A DNA stretch of 54,807 nt from an uncultured virus (IMG/VR IMGVR_UViG_3300034407_002805) (taxonomy: Duplodnaviria > Heunggongvirae > Uroviricota > Caudoviricetes), in the IMG/VR virus record IMGVR_UViG_3300034407_002805; one strand, written 5' to 3'. The notes under the pieces were generated by a model. The model made no database searches. It was not told where the DNA came from and saw nothing but the letters and a program-made list of their open reading frames with translations. Position numbers and translations under genes: made by a program. Positions 9,115-18,557 of this stretch are shown here, piece by piece; within the stretch, counting starts at the first letter, position 1; every line of letters starts with the position of its first letter.

Positions 9115-9575
9115 TGAATATCGATCAATTAAGAGAAGAATTAAAAATTGATGAAGGAGTTAAGTATGAGATTTATCTCGATCATCTTGGTCTCCCTACT
9201 TTTGGTATCGGCCATCTTGTTCTTGAATCAGATCCGGAGCATGGAGAACCAGTTGGCACTACTGTCTCAGAGGACAGAGTTAACGAATGCTTCGATAAAG
9301 ACGTTGAAGTTGTGTTGGGAGACTGCAGACAGCTCTACGATGACTACGACGAGTTGCCTGAGGAGGTCCAACTAATCATTGCAAATATGATGTTTAATAT
9401 GGGCAGACCTCGTTTATCTAAGTTTAAGGGTATGAAACGCGGTGTAGACGCTCGCGATTGGGATGCGGCTGCAGACGAAATGGTTGACTCAAGATGGTAT
9501 CGTCAAGTAACTAATCGCGCCGATCGCTTAGTTGAAAGAATGAGAGCGGTTACGATATCAGAAATACCTGTCTAA
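9114..9575 (+). CDS. Lysozyme (GH24, T4 e-like)
   Basis: DEG-x7-D-x5-T catalytic pattern (DEGVKYEIYLDHLGLPTFGIGHL), NMMFNMG, DSRWYRQ. Confidence 0.9.
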   Translation: MNIDQLREELKIDEGVKYEIYLDHLGLPTFGIGHLVLESDPEHGEPVGTTVSEDRVNECFDKDVEVVLGDCRQLYDDYDELPEEVQLIIANMMFNMGRPRLSKFKGMKRGVDARDWDAAADEMVDSRWYRQVTNRADRLVERMRAVTISEIPV

Positions 9576-9880
9576 TGATTGAAGTTACAGAAGCAGCGGT
9601 CGAATATCTAAACAAGGTCAGAGGTGACGATTTTGTTACTCTTGGCGTTAAGGGCGGTGGCTGCTCTGGTTTCCAGTACGTATGGGATTTTAAAAAGAAC
9701 TGGCCTGATGTTACATGGAGCGAACCATATGGCGGGGCATTGGTTTTAGATCCTATGGCAGAAATGTACGTAGCCGGTTGTGTTATCGACTATGTTTCTG
9801 AACTAGGTGGAGCCTACTTAAAGGTGGTAAACCCTAACGCAACCGCGTCTTGTGGTTGCGGAGAATCTTTTGCTGTCTAG
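9575..9880 (+). CDS. iscA: A-type Fe-S cluster carrier (IscA/HesB family)
   Basis: GGGCSG and NPNATASCGCGESF motifs. Confidence 0.92.
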   Translation: MIEVTEAAVEYLNKVRGDDFVTLGVKGGGCSGFQYVWDFKKNWPDVTWSEPYGGALVLDPMAEMYVAGCVIDYVSELGGAYLKVVNPNATASCGCGESFAV

Positions 9881-9893
9881 TGCAATTTAGTTG

Positions 9894-9922
9894 TTTACAA
9901 ACTCGTAAAAATTTGGTATAAT
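9894..9922 (+). promoter_or_regulatory. Promoter for gp43 (possibly leaderless mRNA)
   Basis: TTTACA-N17-TATAAT; ATG begins 6 nt after the -10 and no SD is visible. Confidence 0.7.
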
Positions 9923-9928
9923 AGTACT

Positions 9929-12421
9929 ATGTTTTATACTTCAGTAGTACGTTACGGTAATTCATTTCTTTACCGCGGGTATGACGCCGCCGGAAAGCGC
10001 GTCTATAAAAAAGATTCTTTCTCACCAAGACTGTTTGTGCCCTCAAAAGCTGAAACATCTTGGCGTGGTCTCGATGGTGCACCGATTGGACCGGTGGACT
10101 TTAAAACAATGCGTGAATGTCGACAGTGGCTTGATCAATATCGAGAAGTCGGTGGCTTCGACATTTACGGCAATCCTAATATGATCCAACAGTATATCGC
10201 TCATAAGTTTCCAAGAGATATTGAGTTTGATCGTGATATAATTAATGTCACCACAATCGATATTGAAACAGCGTATGAGGATGGATTTCCTGAACCAGAG
10301 AAAGCCAACCAAGAAGTCTTGGCCATCACCATCAAAAATAATATAGATGGCATATACCGCGTATGGGGTATGAAAGATTATGACGTTGGTTCTGCGCTTA
10401 TACAGCCAGTGCGTTATTATAAATGTAAAGACGAGGTTGACTTACTTCTAAAGTTTCTTGACTTTTGGCATGACCATCGCAATACGCCCGACGTTGTAAC
10501 AGGCTGGAACGTAAAGTTCTTTGATATACCTTACCTCGTTAATCGTGTTAACAACGTGCTTGGCGTGGATCAATGTAAAAAGTTCTCGCCTTGGGGTATG
10601 GTTGACTATTCAAAGATTGTCAAACGCGGCCGTGAACAAATCACATATAAACTGCAGGGCATACAAACTTTAGATTACCTTGATCTTTTCCAAAAGTTTG
10701 GATATACCTATGGCACCCAAGAATCTTATAAACTTAATCATATTGCGTACGTAGTCCTTGGCGAAAAGAAACTTTCTTACGCCGAAGAAGGTTCTCTACG
10801 TAACCTATACAAAGAAGACTTCCAAAAGTATATCGATTATAATATGAAAGATGTACAGTTGGTCGATAAACTCGAAGAAAAAATGGGTCTTATTACTTTG
10901 GCTATGACCGTGGCGTATAAAGGTGGTGTCAACTATCAAGATACGTTTGGTGTTGTTGCGATATGGGAATCAATCATATATCGTAAACTTAACTCACAGA
11001 AGGTTATGCCAAAGATCGAGCCTGATGAAATGGGCATACGTGATTTTGAAGGTGGCTACGTCAAAGAACCGCAAGTTGGTATGCATGATTGGGTAGTTTC
11101 TTTTGATTTGAATTCTTTGTATCCCAATATCATTGTGCAGTGGAACATGTCACCAGAAACTTTGAACAAAGATCCACAACTAAACATGCCAAGTGGTGTA
11201 CAAAACTATTTACACAAAGAAGAAAAACAGAATAGTAGTTATACTGTAGCAGCTAATGGTTCTACTTATCGTAAAGACTTTGACGGCGTGGTACCAAACA
11301 TCATTGTAGATTATTACGACGAACGTAAGTCAGTCAAGAACATGATGATTGCAGCAGAAAAAGAATATCAAAAATCTAAAACACCAGAACTCGAAAGAGA
11401 AATCAATCGACTCACAAACCAGCAGATGGCGATTAAAATTCTTATGAACTCTTTGTATGGTGCGATTGGTAACAAACACTTTCGTTATTATGATTTACGT
11501 ATCGCCGAAGGTATCACACTTACCGGTCAGCTTGCAATCAAGTGGGCAGAAAACGCTGTCAATGACGAGTTAAATAAGATACTTAAAACAGACGAAGACT
11601 ATGTTATCGCAATGGATACAGATTCGCTTTACATCAACTTTGGTCCTATGATTGAAAAGCTACAGCCAAAAGATCCAGTAAAGTTTCTTGATAAAATATG
11701 TGTAGAACACTTTGAACCTGTGCTTGCCAAAGCTTATAATAAATTATTTAATGTAATGAACTGCTACAAGCCACGTATGGAAATGGGCAGGGAAGTTATT
11801 GCAGATCGTGGTATATGGACGGCAAAGAAAAGATATATCCTCAATGTACATAACTCTGAAGGTGTACAGTACGCACAGCCTAAACTCAAGATCATGGGTA
11901 TTGAAGCTATCAAGTCTTCAACGCCAGAAGTATGCCGTGATAAATTTAAGCAGATATTTAACGTGATTATTACGGGCTGTGAAAAAGATACGCAGAAGTT
12001 TATACAAGATTTTAAGAATGAGTTTAGGTCACTACCACCTGAACAGGTCGCCTTCCCGCGTTCTGTAACAAACATTACAGATTACAAAGATCGCAAGACG
12101 ATATATAAGAAAGGTTCGCCTATTCACGTACGTGGTTCTTTAGTATATAACAAAGCACTCAAAGAATCTGGTATGATGCACAAGTATGAAGCAATCACAA
12201 ACGGTAGCCGTATCAAGTTTGTCTATATGAAAAAGCCTAACCTGGTACGTGAAAACGTAATTGCTTTTCCGGAAGTATTACCCGAAGAGTTCGGCGTAAC
12301 ACGCAACATAGACTATGATAAGCAATTCGAAAAAACTTTCTTGGAACCACTTGAACTTATACTCAATGCAGTTGGTTGGGATGCTGAAGAGAAAGTTACG
12401 TTGGAAGATTTCTTTGCATAA
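9929..12421 (+). CDS. 43: DNA polymerase gp43 (family B)
   Basis: DIET exonuclease motif, DLNSLYP, KILMNSLYG, MDTDS, KKRY. Confidence 0.97.
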   Translation: MFYTSVVRYGNSFLYRGYDAAGKRVYKKDSFSPRLFVPSKAETSWRGLDGAPIGPVDFKTMRECRQWLDQYREVGGFDIYGNPNMIQQYIAHKFPRDIEFDRDIINVTTIDIETAYEDGFPEPEKANQEVLAITIKNNIDGIYRVWGMKDYDVGSALIQPVRYYKCKDEVDLLLKFLDFWHDHRNTPDVVTGWNVKFFDIPYLVNRVNNVLGVDQCKKFSPWGMVDYSKIVKRGREQITYKLQGIQTLDYLDLFQKFGYTYGTQESYKLNHIAYVVLGEKKLSYAEEGSLRNLYKEDFQKYIDYNMKDVQLVDKLEEKMGLITLAMTVAYKGGVNYQDTFGVVAIWESIIYRKLNSQKVMPKIEPDEMGIRDFEGGYVKEPQVGMHDWVVSFDLNSLYPNIIVQWNMSPETLNKDPQLNMPSGVQNYLHKEEKQNSSYTVAANGSTYRKDFDGVVPNIIVDYYDERKSVKNMMIAAEKEYQKSKTPELEREINRLTNQQMAIKILMNSLYGAIGNKHFRYYDLRIAEGITLTGQLAIKWAENAVNDELNKILKTDEDYVIAMDTDSLYINFGPMIEKLQPKDPVKFLDKICVEHFEPVLAKAYNKLFNVMNCYKPRMEMGREVIADRGIWTAKKRYILNVHNSEGVQYAQPKLKIMGIEAIKSSTPEVCRDKFKQIFNVIITGCEKDTQKFIQDFKNEFRSLPPEQVAFPRSVTNITDYKDRKTIYKKGSPIHVRGSLVYNKALKESGMMHKYEAITNGSRIKFVYMKKPNLVRENVIAFPEVLPEEFGVTRNIDYDKQFEKTFLEPLELILNAVGWDAEEKVTLEDFFA

Positions 12422-12426
12422 AGTGG

Positions 12427-12455
12427 TTTACTTTTACGATAAAATGGAGTATAAT
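12427..12455 (+). promoter_or_regulatory. Early/middle promoter
   Basis: TTTACT-N17-TATAAT. Confidence 0.7.
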
Positions 12456-12462
12456 AGATATT

Positions 12463-12885
12463 ATGAGTAAAGATTGGGTACAAGATATTAATGACATGCA
12501 CAGCAAGTTTGGTGTGCGTAAATGGGTCAATGAACAAATCCAGTTTGGTGAAAAAGAAAAACTCGAAAAGTTTCTCGAGTTTCGTCTTAAATTTCTAGAA
12601 GAAGAACTTAACGAAACACGGGCCGCGGCTATAATGGATAAAAATCCTGAAGAAATTGTTGACGGTTTAATTGATCTGTGCGTTGTTGCTATTGGTACAC
12701 TGGATGCGTTTGGTGTTGATGCTCACAAAGCTTGGGATAAAGTACACAACGCAAACATGGCTAAAGAACCGGGTGTGAAAGAATCACGCCCTAATCCACT
12801 TGGCTTACCCGATCTGATTAAACCAGAAGATTGGAAGGGACCCGATCATCGTGACAACCACGGATATTTCATTCACAGTCTTTAA
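12463..12885 (+). CDS. MazG/PRA-PH-like all-alpha NTP pyrophosphohydrolase (candidate dCTPase/dUTPase)
   Basis: EEELNE...EIVDGLID (ExxE...ExxD), VHNANMAK, LIKPEDW. Confidence 0.8.
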   Translation: MSKDWVQDINDMHSKFGVRKWVNEQIQFGEKEKLEKFLEFRLKFLEEELNETRAAAIMDKNPEEIVDGLIDLCVVAIGTLDAFGVDAHKAWDKVHNANMAKEPGVKESRPNPLGLPDLIKPEDWKGPDHRDNHGYFIHSL

Positions 12886-13789
12886 TTCGATATTCGATAA
12901 TAAGACAGAAAAGCGTATGGATCTACCAGACTTTGACGCTTTTGAAAAGTTTTTACATAAACTATCAAAAGAAAAAAAGTCTTCTAAGAAAGACGCTGTA
13001 CTAATATCTCCTGCGACATATCAGCCTGACACTACACGCGCTAATGTTAACGTTGTAGAATGGTCAGGTTGGTGTGCTGTTGACGTTGATGATTTTGTAT
13101 ATGATGGAGAGTTAAAAGATGGAATTATTGAAAGAACTGGTAATTGGCGTTTCATCTGTTATTCTACTGCTAGTTCCACTAATGCTTTACCGAAGTTCAG
13201 AATTGTATTTCCACTTACGAGAAAGATACGAAATGACGAAATTTCAGCATTCAATTATGCCTTACAGAATGCACTCGGTAATCTTGGAGATGAGCAAACA
13301 AAAGACTTATCGAGAATGTATTATATACCTGCTGATTACGCTAACGCTTTTAATTTTATCTTTACTGGCGGCAGTGATTACATTGATCCTGACGCTTTAA
13401 TGAAGGAATATCCGTATGCACAAAAAGCAAACCTCAACAACTTCTTCGACAGATTGCCAGACGAAATCCAGCGACAAATCATTGAACACAGAAAAGGACA
13501 AATGGACAACACTAATGTGGTGTGGACGTCCTATCGCGATTGTCCCTTCTTTCCACGCAACCTTGAAGCAGAATACAGAACGATAAGCAATACCGGTTGG
13601 TACCACAAGATGTATCAGATCATGGTTGCTATCGCGGGTAACGCAGTCAAAAAGCAATATCCAATTACTGCAGCAGAAATATCTAAGATGTGTAGAGAAC
13701 TAGATATTGAAACTGGCAACTGGTATAAGAATCGTCCAATTGATAAAGAAGCAGACAGAGCGCTAGAATATGTTTATAAAAATATGTAA
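12851..13789 (+). CDS. AEP/primase-polymerase-like protein
   Basis: AVDVDD (DxD), YSTASS, KFRIVFPL, D-x2-TKDLSRMYY; helical C-terminal domain. Confidence 0.55.
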   Translation: MTTTDISFTVFNSIFDNKTEKRMDLPDFDAFEKFLHKLSKEKKSSKKDAVLISPATYQPDTTRANVNVVEWSGWCAVDVDDFVYDGELKDGIIERTGNWRFICYSTASSTNALPKFRIVFPLTRKIRNDEISAFNYALQNALGNLGDEQTKDLSRMYYIPADYANAFNFIFTGGSDYIDPDALMKEYPYAQKANLNNFFDRLPDEIQRQIIEHRKGQMDNTNVVWTSYRDCPFFPRNLEAEYRTISNTGWYHKMYQIMVAIAGNAVKKQYPITAAEISKMCRELDIETGNWYKNRPIDKEADRALEYVYKNM

Positions 13790-13797
13790 AAAAACTA

Positions 13798-13826
13798 TTT
13801 ACTTTCAATGAGAAATGGTGTATAAT
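13798..13826 (+). promoter_or_regulatory. Early promoter
   Basis: TTTACT-N17-TATAAT, A-rich UP region, GAGGAG RBS downstream. Confidence 0.75.
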
Positions 13827-13854
13827 AGATCTATAATTAAAGAGGAGCTTAATT

Positions 13855-14373
13855 GTGGATACTAAAATCATCGAATGGATGGATGAAATTAAACAAAGAA
13901 TTCTTTCCGGCGAAGAAGTCGGTGGTGTTACAGATCTATATAAATCATTAGGTGCATGTGTTGGTGAAAATATTGTTATTGACGCAATCAATGGTAAAGC
14001 TGCAAACGGTGAAGGTTATGATGCAATTTCTGGAGACAACCCGCATATACCAGCCGATAAGACTGTAGAAACAAAAGCTGCAATGCTATCGTCAGGAAAC
14101 AACTATATTGGAATTTATAACATTCAAACTAAAAGAGGTAAGTGTAATTATTTTGGTGTTGTTGACATGAATACTCGACGTGTATCACTTATTCCACATG
14201 ATGTAATGTTCTTTTATCTAGACAAAGGTGGTCCTCGAGGTGGCACACTTAAAAATTTTAAATGGTCAATGCATTATAATCAAACAAAACCAAATGGTAA
14301 AAAATGCCGCAGTAGAATTGAAGCTACTAAATTGTTTTTAGAGTACGAGGTAAAAAATGAAAGAATCAATTAA
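13855..14373 (+). CDS. Putative PD-(D/E)xK endonuclease
   Basis: VGE...GYDA...VETK pattern. Confidence 0.45.
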   Translation: MDTKIIEWMDEIKQRILSGEEVGGVTDLYKSLGACVGENIVIDAINGKAANGEGYDAISGDNPHIPADKTVETKAAMLSSGNNYIGIYNIQTKRGKCNYFGVVDMNTRRVSLIPHDVMFFYLDKGGPRGGTLKNFKWSMHYNQTKPNGKKCRSRIEATKLFLEYEVKNERIN

Positions 14374-14701
14374 AGTACTACAAGAATGTGCTGAACTACA
14401 AGCCAGGAAGTCTGAAGATTATCAGAACGAAGGTTCAAACGTACTGCAAGCTATGCACTATCGTCGTGGCGTAGACAGCCTACACGATATCATTCAAGGT
14501 AAGTGTTATCGTGCACAGTCACTACTTGAATCCGGTAGTGATCCAAACCATGAATCGCTCGAAGACACGTATAAAGATATTATTAACTACTGTTCTTTTG
14601 TAGTATCATATATGCGTGGCAAAATGGAAGGTCAACGACCTGATCGTGATATGTTTAATAAGCCAAAGGTGAAAGTCGATGCGCCAACTAGTAGTGAATG
14701 A
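14357..14701 (+). CDS. Nucleotide-modification-associated domain 1 (DUF1599-like)
   Basis: KSEDY...ESLEDTYKDIINY pattern; adjacent to the hydroxymethylase. Confidence 0.7.
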   Translation: MKESIKVLQECAELQARKSEDYQNEGSNVLQAMHYRRGVDSLHDIIQGKCYRAQSLLESGSDPNHESLEDTYKDIINYCSFVVSYMRGKMEGQRPDRDMFNKPKVKVDAPTSSE

Positions 14702-15341
14702 TATACGTGAATATTTTATTGGAGAACTAAATGATGAAGCCTTTACCACAGACAAAACCGGCCAAAATACGATCGAATTACTTGGCGCTTCATTTCTCGC
14801 TGATGAACCCTCAATCTTCGGAAATCCAAACGACGAATACATTAGCAGTGAAATTGATTGGTATGTTTCTGGTAGTACTAATGTCAATGATATTTATGCT
14901 GGGGATCGTCCTGCTCCTGAGGCATGGCAATATGCTGCAGATCAGTATGGGAACATAAATTCTAACTATGGTCATCTTATCTTTGATGATAAATACTATC
15001 GTCAGTACGATAATGTTTTAACGGAACTCGAAAATAATCGTGATTCTCGTAGAGCATCGATGGTTTATCAAAGACCAAGCATATGGGTAGAATATGTTGA
15101 AAACGGTAAGAATGATTTCATATGTACTAATGCTGTCACTTATTATATACGCAATGATGAATTACAGTCAGTGGTCCAAATGCGCTCAAACGATGTCGTG
15201 TTCGGATACAAAAATGACTATGCTTGGCAGCAGTATGTTTTGAAACAACTCGCAAATGATCTTAATATTGAACCAGGTTTTATAACTTGGCAAGTTCAAA
15301 ATCTTCACGTTTACGAAAGACATTTTCATCTTGTTAAATAA
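14679..15341 (+). CDS. 42: dCMP hydroxymethylase (T4 gp42-like, thymidylate synthase fold)
   Basis: EIDWY, INSNYG, DFICTN (catalytic Cys), MRSNDVVFGYKNDYAWQ (Asp at the dCMP-specificity site), LHVYERHF. Confidence 0.88.
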   Translation: MRQLVVNDIREYFIGELNDEAFTTDKTGQNTIELLGASFLADEPSIFGNPNDEYISSEIDWYVSGSTNVNDIYAGDRPAPEAWQYAADQYGNINSNYGHLIFDDKYYRQYDNVLTELENNRDSRRASMVYQRPSIWVEYVENGKNDFICTNAVTYYIRNDELQSVVQMRSNDVVFGYKNDYAWQQYVLKQLANDLNIEPGFITWQVQNLHVYERHFHLVK

Positions 15342-15792
15342 GTGGGACATTCGATACTTAAGCTTAGCCGATGAAGTAGCGCAGTGGTCAAAAGATCCGT
15401 CTACTAAAATTGGTGCTATCGCTGTAGGTAAGAAAGGTCAAGTCTTATCACAGGGTTATAATGGTTTTCCTCGTGGTATCGAAGACAAAGTAGAATACTA
15501 TAAAGATCGCGAAACAAAATACAAGTACGTAGTACACGCTGAAATGAATGTCATATATAATGCTACATATCATGGTGTTTGTTTAGAAGGCACTACACTA
15601 TACGTTACAGGTTTGCCCGTTTGCTCTGATTGTGCAAAGGGTATCATACAAGTCGGCATTACTAGAGTAGTAATGAAAGAAAGACTAACACCACAAAAGT
15701 GGGTAGAATCATGGAAGACTACATCTAAAATGTTTGACGAAGCAAATGTTAAATGGGAGTTTATCAATGTCAGCAACACAGGAATGGCTTAA
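15331..15792 (+). CDS. cd: dCMP deaminase
   Basis: SKDPSTKIGA, GYNGFPRG, HAEMN, PVCSDC. Confidence 0.92.
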   Translation: MLNKWDIRYLSLADEVAQWSKDPSTKIGAIAVGKKGQVLSQGYNGFPRGIEDKVEYYKDRETKYKYVVHAEMNVIYNATYHGVCLEGTTLYVTGLPVCSDCAKGIIQVGITRVVMKERLTPQKWVESWKTTSKMFDEANVKWEFINVSNTGMA

Positions 15793-15976
15793 AGAAAAAT
15801 TTCAAGAAGAAGCTGGACAAATGGCTTATAATAATATTCGATTGACTGAAGAAATAGAAGAGCTAAAAGCAAGATTAAAAAAAGTAGAAACTGACATGGC
15901 ATATACACAGAAGATTAGATTTGCTCAAAGTCCTGAAGAGCAAAGGATAAATGATATAAGGAATGTAGTAGATTGA
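15767..15976 (+). CDS. Hypothetical coiled-coil protein
   Basis: ORF with GGGAG RBS. Confidence 0.6.
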   Translation: MSATQEWLKEKFQEEAGQMAYNNIRLTEEIEELKARLKKVETDMAYTQKIRFAQSPEEQRINDIRNVVD

Positions 15977-16341
15977 TTTTAGTTGTTGGTCATAGTCCTT
16001 CTTCTAAAGAGTATTGTCCGAAGAAAGGCAATCCGTCTATCAACCGTCTTAACAGGTGGCTCGATGCATGTGGTGTGGATATATACAGCTTTACTAACCT
16101 GTGTGCACACCACAGTGAGTCTATCAAAGCAGCAGATATTGATGAAACATTGATAAAAGAATGTGTAAAACCTTATAATAAAGTAATAGCTTTAGGTAAT
16201 GAAGTAGCACATTATTTCAAGAAAAAAGGTATCGATTGCTTTCATGCACCTCACCCATCTCCACGTAACAGGAAGTTTAACGATAAAAGTTACGAATCAA
16301 CTGTAATTAATGGTTTACAAAAGTACATACATATGATATAA
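15973..16341 (+). CDS. Uracil-DNA glycosylase-like protein (minimal)
   Basis: VVGHSPS, FTNL, VIALG, HPSPRN UDG-superfamily motifs. Confidence 0.75.
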   Translation: MILVVGHSPSSKEYCPKKGNPSINRLNRWLDACGVDIYSFTNLCAHHSESIKAADIDETLIKECVKPYNKVIALGNEVAHYFKKKGIDCFHAPHPSPRNRKFNDKSYESTVINGLQKYIHMI

Positions 16342-16342
16342 T
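16314..16342 (+). promoter_or_regulatory. Promoter for the glycosylation operon
   Basis: TTTACA-N17-TATAAT. Confidence 0.7.
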
Positions 16343-16373
16343 ATACAATGTAATAAAGACATAAGGTGAGACT

Positions 16374-17597
16374 ATGAAAATTGTACATATACTTGGTCGC
16401 GGCATTGAAGGTTGCGGCGTGACTCGATTTACACTTGAGTTAAAAGACTGGGCACTAAACCAAGGTTGGAACTATACAGTATACGCACCAACCGATAAGA
16501 AATGGACACGTGCTTCATCACACTATCTAGACGAAAATATTAAACAATGGAAGTGGGGTAACAAGCCTGCCCGCGGAGACACGCTCTGCGGCACTGAATC
16601 GATTGTGGAAGATTGTAATAAGTCAGATCTTGTATTGATTGGTTCACTACCTTCTAAAGGCCACCCTGACGATTGCATAGAAAATTTTGGCAAATTAGTC
16701 AAAGGAATCAAAACTAAAAAAGTTATGATTCAGCACGATCATAAGATGATGTCAATTAAACGTAATGCATTGCTGGATGATGTGATTCAATCAGCTGACG
16801 TTATCTTTTCGTATTCTACTAAAAGTCCTTTTATGGAATACTGTAGAAAGATTGGGGCTAAAGGAAATATGTTTAACTTCTGCAACGGAGTTAACGTACA
16901 AAGAATCCGCGAACAATATTGGAAACCTATCGAAGAACAAGATCCTGATCACTTGAAATGGATTGGCCGGTCTGCGTATTGGAAAGGTTTTGACGTATTA
17001 TTCGATTTATATAAGAGTACTAAAGGTACTGACTTATTATACACATTGGAAGGAATGGAAAAGTCAATACAGTTCGTAGATATACGTAAAACTTTTGACT
17101 TCCACGAAATGGCTGAAGAGTTCGATGTAGAAACAAAACACGGCGAAAAACCTTATGTCTTTGGTGCGTTTAAACATAGTGAAATGTTAGAACGTATGTC
17201 ACGCTGTGGCTTTGGTTTTCAACTAACAACTCTTCAGCCAGAATATATTCAAAACTTTATTGAGTTTACGCACTTAGAAATCGTTGCTTGTGGTGTGATA
17301 CCTATTTTTAGAAAAGCTTTCGGTGATCACTGCACACATTTGCAAACCGGCAATAAACTTACTGCAGATAAAAACACTGGTACTATATGGGCAGGTGAAG
17401 TAGGCACAGACTGGAGTGAAACTATTGAAGTCATAAATAAACTTAGAAAAGATAATGGAATGCGTAATGAGTGGCGTGAAATGGCGTATGAATATTATGC
17501 ATCACACAATGGTCCAGATGTATCGTTTCCCGATATATTCAGTAAGATTGATAAACCTGCTGAAGGTCCATCTGATTTATCTGAATTCTTTGGTTAG
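16374..17597 (+). CDS. agt: DNA glycosyltransferase, T4 alpha-glucosyltransferase (AGT) homolog
   Basis: RGIEGCGVTRF, TRASSH, QHDH, WIGRSAYWKGF, SEMLERMS.CGFGFQL, EFTHLEIVACGVIP match T4 AGT along its length. Confidence 0.88.
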   Translation: MKIVHILGRGIEGCGVTRFTLELKDWALNQGWNYTVYAPTDKKWTRASSHYLDENIKQWKWGNKPARGDTLCGTESIVEDCNKSDLVLIGSLPSKGHPDDCIENFGKLVKGIKTKKVMIQHDHKMMSIKRNALLDDVIQSADVIFSYSTKSPFMEYCRKIGAKGNMFNFCNGVNVQRIREQYWKPIEEQDPDHLKWIGRSAYWKGFDVLFDLYKSTKGTDLLYTLEGMEKSIQFVDIRKTFDFHEMAEEFDVETKHGEKPYVFGAFKHSEMLERMSRCGFGFQLTTLQPEYIQNFIEFTHLEIVACGVIPIFRKAFGDHCTHLQTGNKLTADKNTGTIWAGEVGTDWSETIEVINKLRKDNGMRNEWREMAYEYYASHNGPDVSFPDIFSKIDKPAEGPSDLSEFFG

Positions 17598-17606
17598 GAG
17601 TATAGA

Positions 17607-18557
17607 ATGAAAATAGTAATTACAGGCTGTGCTGGTTTTATTGGTTTTCACTTAGCACAAAAGTTAAGAGCAGGTAATAAGGTGTCAGGCATTGACAACT
17701 TTAATAGTTATTATGACGTTGATTTAAAAAGAGCAAGAGATAAAATCTTAAAACACTCGTTTGGTATTCATGTTGAACCTGTCGATTTACGTAAAAAAAA
17801 CCAACTTATCAAGCGCTTGGCATATTGTAAGCCAGACATTGTGATTCACTTAGCTGCCATGGCAGGTGTTAGACATTCGATGGATGATCCAGAAGCTTAT
17901 ATCGAAAATAATATTGTCGGTACACACAATTTGATTGAAGCTTGTGATCTTCTTAACATTGATAAAGTAGTGTATGCTTCTACATCTTGCGTAATGGCAG
18001 GCAACCCGCTACCTTGGAAAGAGGATGAAAAACTCGGTGTGGCAAAGAATCCATATGGATACTCAAAAGCCACGAACGAAGCACAGTTTATTTCTTCACA
18101 GATTGATTCAACAATCGGTCTAAGGTTCTTTACTGTCTATGGTCCTTGGGGTCGACCAGACATGGCTCTGTTTGATTTTACTAAAAGTATTATAGAAGAA
18201 AAACCCATTAAGCTTTTTAACAATGGTGATATGGTTCGCGACTTTACTTACGTTGATGATATTGTACAGGGTATAAAAATTGTCATAGATAGAATAAATG
18301 AAAACTCAGGTATCAACGAGATTTATAATATTGGTTATGGTCAGCAAGTACAACTCATGGATTTTGTAAATCACATTGAACAAAATTTAGGTAGAAAAGC
18401 TATCAAAGAGTTTGTGCCTATGCACCCAGCCGATACGCATAAAACTTGGTCTGATACGAATAAATTAAGAAAACTTGGATATTCACCAGAAACTCCAATA
18501 GGTAGAGGTGTATACGAGTTTGTTAAATGGTATAAGGATTATTATCATGTCAATTAA
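17607..18557 (+). CDS. UDP-glucuronate 4-epimerase-like extended SDR
   Basis: TGCAGFIG, HLAAMAGVRHS, YGYSK, RFFTVYGPWGRPDMA, RDFTYVDDIV. Confidence 0.85.
   Translation: MKIVITGCAGFIGFHLAQKLRAGNKVSGIDNFNSYYDVDLKRARDKILKHSFGIHVEPVDLRKKNQLIKRLAYCKPDIVIHLAAMAGVRHSMDDPEAYIENNIVGTHNLIEACDLLNIDKVVYASTSCVMAGNPLPWKEDEKLGVAKNPYGYSKATNEAQFISSQIDSTIGLRFFTVYGPWGRPDMALFDFTKSIIEEKPIKLFNNGDMVRDFTYVDDIVQGIKIVIDRINENSGINEIYNIGYGQQVQLMDFVNHIEQNLGRKAIKEFVPMHPADTHKTWSDTNKLRKLGYSPETPIGRGVYEFVKWYKDYYHVN

Noticed and set aside
14679..15341. Classical thymidylate synthase ThyA
   Set aside because: Motifs match T4 gp42 (Asp rather than Asn at the specificity site) and ThyX is present separately
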